From sequence record SRR31156797_2934: 35,369 nucleotides of DNA; one strand, 5' to 3'. A program made the position numbers and the translations under genes. The notes below the pieces were generated by a model, which had not been told where the DNA came from, searched no databases, and was given only the letters and a program-made list of their open reading frames with translations. This document shows, in pieces, positions 1-8,652 of this stretch (positions are counted from its first letter, which is position 1; each line of letters starts with the position of its first letter).

Positions 1-656
1 TCAGTTGTATCAATTTCAATTTTCCAACCATCTGAATAGCGGAATTTGAAATCACCAATGGTCATTGCAACATCAGTTGATTCGAAAGTCATTGCTTCTA
101 GATCGAAAGCACCTTCTGTTAGAGCAGTTGATCCGCTCCATCCACCTGGTGTAGCAGCACCAATAGCACCCCACTTCACGCGAGCTACAACAACTTTGAA
201 AAGCTCAACGTCAAATACTACGTGGTAAAGTCCATCTTCTGGTACCTGGAATGCTTCAGTTGTTTCAATTAATGATCCGCGCCAGAAATCAGCTCCTGAA
301 GGCTCATCATTAGTTGGGTTAGGAACAATTGCAAAGTCAGATCCTGGTCCCCATACTGTTTGTGTAGCACCTGCTACTTGTGTAATGTGGAAGTCTGCTC
401 CACCTGTAAGTGCAATGTACTTTTCGTAAAGTGTTGGACGATCAGCTTGACCTACTTCATTTCTGGTAGTAGCAGCCATCATATTATCAGCTAAATCAGC
501 TGATGCTGTAGCAGCTCCGTGTACATAAAATCCGTCAAGTACGATAACTGGAGGAGTATCATCATCATCATCGTCCTTACAAGCTGTAACAATAACTGCA
601 GCAGCTACAAAAAATAGTGCAAATTTGAAAATGTTGCTAAAAAGTGACTTTTTCAT
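1..656 (-). CDS. SusE/SusF-like outer-membrane alpha-glucan-binding lipoprotein (3' end outside the window)
   Basis: Not in the ORF track. Hand translation from ATG at 656 is open to position 1: MKKSLFSNIFKFALFFVAAAVIVTAC-KDDDDDTPPVIVLDGFYVHGAAT...WGAIGAATPGGWSGST...GDFKFRYSDGW. Lipobox followed by an acidic export signal; W-G-x-I-G-x-A-T-P-x-G-W and FKFR motifs are typical of SusE/F CBM-like modules; lies directly downstream of susD. Confidence 0.85.
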   Translation of the reverse strand, partial: MKKSLFSNIFKFALFFVAAAVIVTACKDDDDDDTPPVIVLDGFYVHGAATASADLADNMMAATTRNEVGQADRPTLYEKYIALTGGADFHITQVAGATQTVWGPGSDFAIVPNPTNDEPSGADFWRGSLIETTEAFQVPEDGLYHVVFDVELFKVVVARVKWGAIGAATPGGWSGSTALTEGAFDLEAMTFESTDVAMTIGDFKFRYSDGWKIEIDTT

Positions 657-698
657 AATAATTAAAATTTAAATTAATAATTAGGTTATTAAACATTT

Positions 699-2216
699 TT
701 ATTGTGGATCTTCTAATAAATTTGGATTTCCATCTATAGCCCATTGTGGGATAGGGAAAGTTGTAACCGAAGGGTCATTAGCTACACCATCGTATTCTCC
801 ACCTTTTTCCCACCATGGTTCAGTAAATTTACCAAAACGGATTAAATCCTGTCTTCTGTGACCTTCTACGTATAATTCTCTTGCACGCTCATCAAGTAAA
901 TCATCAAGGTTAAAACCAGATGCTGGATCTAATCCTGCTCGAGTTCTGATTGGTGTAATATATGCATCACCTGCACCGGCACCACCCTGACGAATTAAAA
1001 CTTCGGCTTTCATTAAGTAGAAATCTGAGATTCTGAAAACTGGAAAATCGTTACTTAGGTTCTCTTTTGCTCCCATGGCAATTTCATATTTACCAACTCT
1101 GGCACCGGTGTTACGATATTGGTCGATTGTAAATCCGCCATTGGCAGTCATATATAAAGCCGGAAGTATTGGATCAATATCTAGAGGTTCTTCAGTCGCA
1201 CCATCGATAATTTCAGCACCACCAGAAGTAAATTGAGGACCATATATATTGTAAGCGTCTTTTCTTAAATCAGTATCATCATAGCGAGCCCATTGATCAG
1301 GTGTAATACATAATCCATTCCATGGACCCACAAGCATATCATACTTTAAGTTGTGCTGATAGTGCAAAGTACGCATATGCAATCTAAATCCTTGTGCTAG
1401 ATCTTCATCAAATCCAATACTGAATATAATTTCTCCAGAGTTTTCATTATCCGTTGCAAATGGTCCTTCAACTGTGCCTGATAAATTGTATGGCCCAGCT
1501 AAAACACTATCAATAAACATTTCTGCTTTTGCCCATTGCGGAGTACCAGTGTAAACTTCAGCATTTAAATAAAGTTTTGATAATAAGGCAAATGCCATAT
1601 ATCTAGAGGCAAGGTATTTGTAATCTTGCTTTTTGAGATATGGTAAAATACTCTCAACGGTTGTTGTTAAACTATCAAAAACTTTTTCTCTTTTTGTTCT
1701 ATATGGGAATTCCTCGGCATTGTCTAAATTTGATATATAAACAATATCACCATAATTATCCATTAGAAGGTAGTAAAAGAATGATCTAAGCAGAATCATT
1801 TCTGCTTTTTTAGCAAGAATAGACTCATTTTGCGTTAATCCATTTAATACTTTAATATTATTGTTTGCATTAACTGCACCTTCATTCATTGAACTCCACA
1901 TCCGGTTTACACCTTCTGTATTATTACTCCAATTGTGGCGATGCATCTCACGCCATTTACCACCATCATCCCAATCGGCATCTCTGGTTGGTCCACAAAA
2001 AGCATCTCCTGATATTTCTTGGGCCAAAAACCACCAACCGCCATCATCAATAAGAGGACGAAGTTTAGCATAAGTATTTACCCCAATGGTTGCTATCTGA
2101 GCTTCATTTTCTGGATAATCATTTTCATCAATTCTATCGTAAAGCTCTTCTTCAAGGTCTGTACAGGAAAGACCTATAAATGTCAATAGAATACTATATA
2201 TTAAAATCTTTTTCAT
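699..2216 (-). CDS. susD: RagB/SusD-family glycan-binding surface lipoprotein
   Basis: Lipobox GLSC-TDLEEE; motifs LLRSFFYYLLMDNYGD, FRISDFYLMKAE, LLDERARELYVEGHRRQDLIRFG and C-terminal FPIP; downstream of susC. Confidence 0.95.
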   Translation of the reverse strand: MKKILIYSILLTFIGLSCTDLEEELYDRIDENDYPENEAQIATIGVNTYAKLRPLIDDGGWWFLAQEISGDAFCGPTRDADWDDGGKWREMHRHNWSNNTEGVNRMWSSMNEGAVNANNNIKVLNGLTQNESILAKKAEMILLRSFFYYLLMDNYGDIVYISNLDNAEEFPYRTKREKVFDSLTTTVESILPYLKKQDYKYLASRYMAFALLSKLYLNAEVYTGTPQWAKAEMFIDSVLAGPYNLSGTVEGPFATDNENSGEIIFSIGFDEDLAQGFRLHMRTLHYQHNLKYDMLVGPWNGLCITPDQWARYDDTDLRKDAYNIYGPQFTSGGAEIIDGATEEPLDIDPILPALYMTANGGFTIDQYRNTGARVGKYEIAMGAKENLSNDFPVFRISDFYLMKAEVLIRQGGAGAGDAYITPIRTRAGLDPASGFNLDDLLDERARELYVEGHRRQDLIRFGKFTEPWWEKGGEYDGVANDPSVTTFPIPQWAIDGNPNLLEDPQ

Positions 2217-2234
2217 CTTTATTGAGTTTTAAAT

Positions 2235-5234
2235 TTAGAAAGTGGCGTTTATACCAAATGAAATTGTTCTTGTTTTTGGATACACATTATATTGGTCAAT
2301 ACCAAACTCAAGTCCAGTAATTGATGCTTCTGGATCAACTCCGGAATAACCCGTTAGCACAAATAAATTGTTACTTGCGGCATAAACACGAAGTGATTTC
2401 AACCAATCAACTTTAGCTACATCAAATTCATATCCAATTGATAAATAATCTAATCTTACGAATGAAGCATCTTCTACATAAAAGTCTGCAATTTGAGGTG
2501 AACTTACTCTGCCTTTATCATACCAATCAATAGCAGAAGGAAGTGCATTTAAACTAGGTAAGTTTCCATTATAATCAAATAACATTTCAGTGGCATTGTA
2601 CATATCATTTCCAACCATTCCTCTCAATGAAACTTCTACTACCCAATTGTTGTAAAATTTAAAAGTGTTGTGCCATCCAAATTCTAGGTCTGGGGTAGCG
2701 TTACCAACAATTTCTCTTTTTGCTTCACCAATATTTGTCGTAAATCCTCCAGATTTTGATTCATAAATGAATATGCCATCTTGCATTGTCACAAACACAG
2801 GTAAATAGAATGACCCAACTTCTTCTCCTTCGATAAGTGCTTGCGTATAATTTTGATCTCCAATTAGCCCTCTTCCACTTATATATCCTCTATAATCAGG
2901 ATCATCTGATCCATAGATACCACCAAGCTTAACAACTTTTGTTGTATTATGAGCAAGGTTGATGGCTGTTTTCCATTTGAAATTTGGATTGTCAATGGCA
3001 TAACCTTCAACAAAGAAATCAAAACCATAACTACGAAGCGTACCGGAGTTTGCATATTGATATTTAGATTCATTAGCCTCAGCGGAGATCAATTCTGGTC
3101 TAATCAAGTTAAAGGTTGTCTTATTGTATACATCAAAACTACCTGTAACCCTATTATTAAATAATCCAAAATCAATTCCGACATTTAGTTCAGCCATACT
3201 TTCCCATTTCAAATCTTTGTTACCGGCATAGGCTGCATTAATTGATACAACTGTTTCTCCAGTAATTGGATCTAATGCTGGTTCTCCTAAACTATAAGGA
3301 TTTATCCCAAGGTAATCACCAATTTCCTGATTTCCTGCAAGACCATAACTTACTCTAAATTTAAGTAAATCCATCCAACTAAGATCGCTCATAAAACTTT
3401 CCTTGTCAACTCGCCAACCAATAGCAGCTGTAGGGAAGGTTCCCCATTTATTGTTGGCTCCAAAACGAGTAGATCCATCTCTACGTATAGAAAGTGAAGC
3501 GTAGTACTTTTTATCATAATCGTATCTAACTCTTCCAAATACTCCAATCAGTCTTGATTCTCCGGCCCAAGAATTAATATCTCCATACGTTACATCAAGA
3601 AAGTTACTTAAGTCATAAACTCCTAAAGAAGGCGAAATAGGGCTTCTTCCTTGTGCGCTGAAACCTTCGTAAAAATTCTCTTGCCAAGAATATCCTGCCA
3701 TTACGTTTAAAGCATGTATTCCAATTTCTTTATCGTAATTTGCGAAAGCTTCTATTAATTTTTGATCACTCATTTCATACCTTTTACTTCCATATCCTGC
3801 ATTTGCACTAGAGTAAATGTTTGCAGGTCTGAAGTAATTATACAATTGATCATTTTGAGTGTATGATAATCTGGTAGTGGCGACAAGATTCTCAATTATT
3901 TCAAAATCAGCCTTAAACATTCCATAAAAACGTTGAGCGTCTCTTTCATTTTGGATTTGATTAATAACTGCTAATGGGTTTTCGTAATTAAATACCCGGC
4001 TAGCTTGATAATATGAACCATCAGGATTATAGACAGGATCAGTTGGGTTACGTGATAAGGCTTGGTAAATGATATCATCTTTGTCAAAACCATCGTAATT
4101 CTCATAGTCATTAAATTCTTTAGTCCCAGATAAACTACCTGAAAGTTTTAGACGATCATTGATTCCAGAATGATTTATATTTATTTTACCAATTGTTCTT
4201 TGCTTAGAAGTACCTTCCATTACACCTTCCCAGTTTGAATGAGTTACTGAAGCGTAATAAGATGATGTTTTAGTACCACCTGAGAAGTTGATATTATTGG
4301 AATGTGTAATACCCATTCTAAAAATTTCATCTTGCCAATCAGTGTTTGCTCCACCATCATTAAATAAACTGTCTGCAGTATAATTAGGGTTTCCTGAGTC
4401 TTCAACTAATTTTTGAACATAGTCTCTCATCTCATCTGCTGTTAAGACGTCATATCTATTAGCAGTAAAATCTAAAGATACTTTTGAATTAAATCCTACA
4501 TTACTTACAAAACCTTTCTCTCCACTATTATTGGTTCCTTGCTTAGTCGTAATTAAAATAACCCCATTTGCTCCTCTTGATCCATATATTGCTGTTGAAG
4601 CAGCATCTTTTAAGATGTCAAAAGTTTTGATATCTTCTGGAGCAACTGTTGTTGGATCTACTCCGGGAACTCCATCTACAACATATAATGGTTGAGTACC
4701 TGATTCGTATCCGTTAGCACCTCTAATACGAACAGCAAATCCACTATTAGGGTCACCTCCTGATTTGGTAATGGTCACACCTGGTGTGCGTCCCTGGATG
4801 GTTTGTATGGCGTCAGTTACAACACCACCATTCAACTCATCGGCTGTTACCTGGCTTACAGCACCTGTTTTATCTTCTTTTTTCATGGTACCATAACCAA
4901 TCACAAGTACTTCACTCAAAGCTTCGATGTCAGGCATGAGCAAAACATCAATTTGCTTTTGGTCACCTACTGTGATGGTTTCACTGGCATACCCTATAAA
5001 TGAAAAAACCAACACAGCATCGTTCCCCGGAACATCTAGCTTGTATTGGCCCTGCACATCTGTGATCGTACCCACCGTGGTCCCCTGAATCGTAACGTTT
5101 ACTCCTGGAAGGGTATTTCCATCCATATCTTTTACAGTACCTGAAACTGTCTGTTGCGAAAAAGCAATAGCTGCAGTCATCAACAGGATACCTGTAAACA
5201 ATGCTTTAATAAATCGTAAATTTAAAAATTCCAT
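2235..5234 (-). CDS. susC: SusC/RagA-family TonB-dependent transporter
   Basis: N-terminal CarboxypepD_reg-like domain (VSGTVKD...LPGVNV), plug motif PLYVVDGVP, signature ILKDAASTAIYGSRGANGVILITTK, C-terminal YPKTRTISFGINATF. Confidence 0.97.
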   Translation of the reverse strand: MEFLNLRFIKALFTGILLMTAAIAFSQQTVSGTVKDMDGNTLPGVNVTIQGTTVGTITDVQGQYKLDVPGNDAVLVFSFIGYASETITVGDQKQIDVLLMPDIEALSEVLVIGYGTMKKEDKTGAVSQVTADELNGGVVTDAIQTIQGRTPGVTITKSGGDPNSGFAVRIRGANGYESGTQPLYVVDGVPGVDPTTVAPEDIKTFDILKDAASTAIYGSRGANGVILITTKQGTNNSGEKGFVSNVGFNSKVSLDFTANRYDVLTADEMRDYVQKLVEDSGNPNYTADSLFNDGGANTDWQDEIFRMGITHSNNINFSGGTKTSSYYASVTHSNWEGVMEGTSKQRTIGKININHSGINDRLKLSGSLSGTKEFNDYENYDGFDKDDIIYQALSRNPTDPVYNPDGSYYQASRVFNYENPLAVINQIQNERDAQRFYGMFKADFEIIENLVATTRLSYTQNDQLYNYFRPANIYSSANAGYGSKRYEMSDQKLIEAFANYDKEIGIHALNVMAGYSWQENFYEGFSAQGRSPISPSLGVYDLSNFLDVTYGDINSWAGESRLIGVFGRVRYDYDKKYYASLSIRRDGSTRFGANNKWGTFPTAAIGWRVDKESFMSDLSWMDLLKFRVSYGLAGNQEIGDYLGINPYSLGEPALDPITGETVVSINAAYAGNKDLKWESMAELNVGIDFGLFNNRVTGSFDVYNKTTFNLIRPELISAEANESKYQYANSGTLRSYGFDFFVEGYAIDNPNFKWKTAINLAHNTTKVVKLGGIYGSDDPDYRGYISGRGLIGDQNYTQALIEGEEVGSFYLPVFVTMQDGIFIYESKSGGFTTNIGEAKREIVGNATPDLEFGWHNTFKFYNNWVVEVSLRGMVGNDMYNATEMLFDYNGNLPSLNALPSAIDWYDKGRVSSPQIADFYVEDASFVRLDYLSIGYEFDVAKVDWLKSLRVYAASNNLFVLTGYSGVDPEASITGLEFGIDQYNVYPKTRTISFGINATF

Positions 5235-5357
5235 CTGCTGATAATTTTGATTTTATTTTTTTTAAGAATGTTATTGGTTTAACATTCATTTCATTTTTAA
5301 TTAACCTTTAAAAAATTGCCTTAATAATTTTTTAAAAATGCTTTCATTTCCCACTTA

Positions 5358-5388
5358 CAAATATATTCGATATGGGCTTAAAATCAAG
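5358..5388 (-). promoter_or_regulatory. Bacteroidota sigma-A promoter of susC
   Basis: Minus strand CTTG (5388-5385), 19-nt spacer, TATATTTG (5365-5358), matching TTTG-N19-21-TAnnTTTG. Confidence 0.7.
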
Positions 5389-5406
5389 ATTTTAGCGATA
5401 TTTTTT

Positions 5407-5436
5407 TACGCAAACGAGTTCGCAATCGTTTGCGAA
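5407..5436. promoter_or_regulatory. LacI-type operator(s) between susC and lacI
   Basis: Near-perfect palindrome TTCGCAATCGTTTGCGAA (5419-5436) with central CG, abutting a second degenerate site TACGCAAACGAGTT; GC-rich island in an AT-rich spacer next to a LacI gene. Confidence 0.75.
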
Positions 5437-5510
5437 AAAAGTTTCGATTAATTGTTTTTTAATTGTATCTTTAAAAATATTTAACATTAACTCAATTGAT
5501 TTAGTTCAAC

Positions 5511-6521
5511 ATGAAGAATACTTTTATAACAATAAAAGACATTGCTTCGGCATTAAATATCTCTCCTTCAACTGTTTCAAGGGCTTTAAAAGATCATCCC
5601 GATATCAGTCAGGAAACCAAAGATAAAGTTGTGAAGTATGCACAAGAGATGGGATACCAACCTAATTCCATTGCACTTAGCCTAAAGAGCAGGCGCAGTC
5701 ATGTAATTGGATTAATTGTTCCTGAGATTGTGCACCACTTTTTTTCGTCTGTTATTAGTGGAATTGACGAGGTAGCCAGTAAAGCTGGGTACAATGTTAT
5801 TATTAGTCAATCCAATGAGTCTTTCGAGCGTGAGATACACAATACAAAAACCCTTTTAGGTAGCCGTGTAGATGGAATGCTCATTTCAAGAACGAAAGAA
5901 ACGTTAGATTATGACCATTTCAAACATATAAATGCAGCAGGTGTTCCTATTGTGTTTTTCGATCGCACGTGTGATGGGATAAATGCTGATAACGTTATTG
6001 TAGATGATAAACGTGCTGCTTATGATGCTACCAAGTATCTTATTAATACAGGTTGTAAAGATATTCTTCATTTAAAAGGTCCGGAAAATCTAACGATTAG
6101 TCATCAGAGGCTTTCCGGATATAGACATGCATTAAATGACAATGGCATTGTATTTAAAGAGGAGCGGGTAATTGAAGCTGATAATTATGAAAAAGGCGCT
6201 CAAGCAATGCAGGAATTAATTGAAAAAGGCAATTTACCTCAAGCCATATTTGCAGTAAACGATTTAACAGCATTAGGTGCAATTAGTGCATTGAAAGAGG
6301 CGGGAATAAAAGTACCGGAGCAAATTTCTGTTGTCGGTTTTACAAACGGATTAATAGGCCGCTTGGCAGATCCACCCTTAACTACTATCGAACAAAATGG
6401 TTACCTGATGGGTAAAAAAGCTGCTGAGTTATTATTAGAGAGAATTAATTCTGATGGGGTGCTGCCATCAAGAACTGAAATTATTCCCACTAAATTGATT
6501 GTGAGAAAATCGACGTATTAG
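5511..6521 (+). CDS. LacI/GalR-family transcriptional regulator (MalR-like)
   Basis: HTH ITIKDIASALNISPSTVSRAL, hinge YQPNSIALSL, sugar-binding domain with VPEQISVVGF and PPLTTIEQ. Confidence 0.95.
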   Translation: MKNTFITIKDIASALNISPSTVSRALKDHPDISQETKDKVVKYAQEMGYQPNSIALSLKSRRSHVIGLIVPEIVHHFFSSVISGIDEVASKAGYNVIISQSNESFEREIHNTKTLLGSRVDGMLISRTKETLDYDHFKHINAAGVPIVFFDRTCDGINADNVIVDDKRAAYDATKYLINTGCKDILHLKGPENLTISHQRLSGYRHALNDNGIVFKEERVIEADNYEKGAQAMQELIEKGNLPQAIFAVNDLTALGAISALKEAGIKVPEQISVVGFTNGLIGRLADPPLTTIEQNGYLMGKKAAELLLERINSDGVLPSRTEIIPTKLIVRKSTY

Positions 6522-6695
6522 CGTGTGGATAGAGATGATTGATATAAGGATTTAGAAGATTAAAGATAAAAGGACAAAGATAAAAATGAGGGATTGAGTT
6601 GATTGGGTTGTTTGAGTAATTTAGTTTGTCAATCTTATACATTGATTGCAGTTACCTTTGAAAACTGTTATTCCTTATAATTATAGCTTTTTGCA

Positions 6696-6811
6696 CAATC
6701 CCGGAGGGATTGAATATCTATAGCCACAGGCGCAGCCTGTGGAATATTAGGCCCCATATAATCCGCCGCAATACGAATTAAAGTCGTAGACGAATATTAT
6801 CCATCGGCGGA
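6696..6811. repeat. REP-like multi-hairpin element
   Basis: Hairpins CAATCCC-GGA-GGGATTG (6696-6712) and CCACAGGC-GCA-GCCTGTGG (6724-6742), plus inverted repeat TCCGCCG (6762-6768) / CGGCGGA (6805-6811). Confidence 0.55.
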
Positions 6812-6833
6812 ATTGCATAAAAGGTTGATTCGT

Positions 6834-6868
6834 AAAAAAGCCCCGGGCATAGATCATAACCCGGGGCT
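6834..6868 (-). terminator. Rho-independent terminator of the MFS gene
   Basis: Stem AGCCCCGGG / CCCGGGGCT with a 12-nt loop, followed on the minus strand by a T run (AAAAAA at 6834-6839); about 30 nt after the stop codon. Confidence 0.8.
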
Positions 6869-6900
6869 AATTATATGAACAATAATTTTGTCTGTATTTA

Positions 6901-8286
6901 TTAGTGTCCGCCACCACTTTGAACAGCACCCTCTGTTTCCTGAGATTTATCTGTTACAAAGCTTACTGCTATTGCACCAAGAATCATAATTATTCCTGCA
7001 AACACAAGAACATAAATTCCCTCTCCATCGAAGAATGAACGTAAAATAGGGCCACCAATTACACCGCTTAGAATCTGAGGAATCACAACAGTAAGGTTGA
7101 ATAACCCCATGTAAATTCCCATACGCTTTGCTGGAAGTGCTCCAGATAATATCATATAGGGCATAGCTAGTATACCTGCCCATGCCATTCCTACTCCAAT
7201 CATTGATATTAGCAACATGTATTGGTTGGTAAATAGGATAGTTGAGATATAACCTAATCCTCCCATTACCAAAGAAAAGGCATATACAAATTTTCTATTT
7301 GTTAGCTTAATGAATCTTGGCATAACTATAGAATAAAGTGCAGCTACTATGCTATACATTGCAAAACATATACCTACCCAGTTACCAGCCTCATCGAAAG
7401 CTGCACGAATTGATTGATCCGTATTATTTACTGCATCAAAATCAATTGGTACACCAAAGTATTGCTGAGAAATAGCAGTGGTTGAATAAACCCACATTAA
7501 GAATAATGGAAACCATGAGAACAACTGAACTAAAGCTAATTGTTTCATAGTTTTTGGCATTTTAAATAACAGTTTGAAGAAACTTTCTTTTTCGGCTTTA
7601 TCCTCCTCTGTAATACCATTGTATGCTTCAAATTCTTTTGGAGGGTGTTCTTTAGTTTTAAATACAGTAACCAAAACACTTAGTAGCAGTAAAGAACCAC
7701 CAATGTAGAACGACCAGATTACTGATGGTGCTACCTTGCCTGCTTCTGCTTCGTTAGCGATACCTGCCCAGGTAAGAATAAACGGAAGCGCGGAACCAAT
7801 AACAGCACCAATGTTAATTAGGAAACTTTGAACGGAGTATCCAACATTACGCTGCTCATCCGGAGTCATATCCGCAACGAGTGCTCTGAATGGTTGGAAT
7901 GTAACGTTAAAAGAAGCATCCATTATGGCCAGCATGGCAACGCCAAAAAATAAAACCCCTGCACCACCGGCTTTTAAAATTAAAGGTGCGTTTGGCATGA
8001 AGAACATGGCCACCATTGAAATTAGTGCACCAAAGAAAATATAGGGAGAACGGCGACCCATTTTTGTCCATGTTTTATCACTGGCTGCACCAACAACAGG
8101 TTGAACAAGTAATCCCATGATTGGAGCTACCAACCAGAAAAATGATAAATCATGCGGGTCTGCACCTATACTTGTTAAAATTCTACTTGCATTTGCATTC
8201 TGAAGAGCAAATCCGAATTGAACTCCAAGGAAGCCGAAGCTTAGGTTCCAAATTTGCCAAAAACTAAGTTTTGGTTTTTGTTTCAT
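6901..8286 (-). CDS. MFS transporter, maltose/maltooligosaccharide (MalT/SUC-like) type
   Basis: N-terminus LSFWQIWNLSFGFLGVQFGFALQNAN, motifs SDKTWTKMGRRSPY, QPFRALVAD and MGIYMGLFNLTVVIPQI; about 12 hydrophobic segments; adjacent to the PUL regulator. Confidence 0.9.
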   Translation of the reverse strand: MKQKPKLSFWQIWNLSFGFLGVQFGFALQNANASRILTSIGADPHDLSFFWLVAPIMGLLVQPVVGAASDKTWTKMGRRSPYIFFGALISMVAMFFMPNAPLILKAGGAGVLFFGVAMLAIMDASFNVTFQPFRALVADMTPDEQRNVGYSVQSFLINIGAVIGSALPFILTWAGIANEAEAGKVAPSVIWSFYIGGSLLLLSVLVTVFKTKEHPPKEFEAYNGITEEDKAEKESFFKLLFKMPKTMKQLALVQLFSWFPLFLMWVYSTTAISQQYFGVPIDFDAVNNTDQSIRAAFDEAGNWVGICFAMYSIVAALYSIVMPRFIKLTNRKFVYAFSLVMGGLGYISTILFTNQYMLLISMIGVGMAWAGILAMPYMILSGALPAKRMGIYMGLFNLTVVIPQILSGVIGGPILRSFFDGEGIYVLVFAGIIMILGAIAVSFVTDKSQETEGAVQSGGGH

Positions 8287-8305
8287 AGGTGTAGGTATTA
8301 AATAT

Positions 8306-8323
8306 TTTTACGCAAACTGTTTG
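8306..8323. promoter_or_regulatory. Possible second LacI/MalR operator upstream of the MFS gene
   Basis: TTTTTACGCAAACTGTTTG shares TTTTTACGCAAAC with 5403-5415 and contains the CAAAC-T-GTTTG dyad; about 20 nt upstream of the start codon. Confidence 0.45.
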
Positions 8324-8559
8324 TTTAAAACAAAAAATCTTTGCTATTATTTGACAATAAAAAATTCGAATCCGATAGGGATTCCTGGGGAAGTGTTTCT
8401 AATGTCTTGTAAATTAAGACAAAAGCTTTTTTAAAGAATTATTAAGGCGCTCCTAAATTAATAATTTTTTTGAAAATGCATAAAGTAAAATTAAAATTAG
8501 GTTTCCAGAAGTAGCAAATAATTCAATTATTACTATACCTCAAATTAGGAATAAGGATA

Positions 8560-8639
8560 AGTCGGAGACCGAATAAGTCATTTATTTTTCTTCAGAATCA
8601 AATCTGAATAAAGTTTATTTATAATGTCAGTCTCCGACT
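8560..8639. repeat. Long imperfect palindrome downstream of the TonB receptor gene
   Basis: 10-bp perfect inverted repeat AGTCGGAGAC (8560-8569) / GTCTCCGACT (8630-8639) enclosing an inner stem TTCAGA (8591-8596) / TCTGAA (8603-8608). Confidence 0.5.
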
Positions 8640-8652
8640 ATCATATGATTAT

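Noticed and set aside
46..228. 60-aa + strand ORF from the track
   Set aside because: Antisense shadow of the SusE/F-like gene on the minus strand.
557..575. (ATC)n microsatellite as a phase-variation tract
   Set aside because: In-frame trinucleotide run encoding the poly-Asp lipoprotein export signal.
5307..5336. Inverted repeat TTTAAAAAATT / AATTTTTTAAA in the susC leader
   Set aside because: Purely A/T and expected by chance in this very AT-rich spacer.
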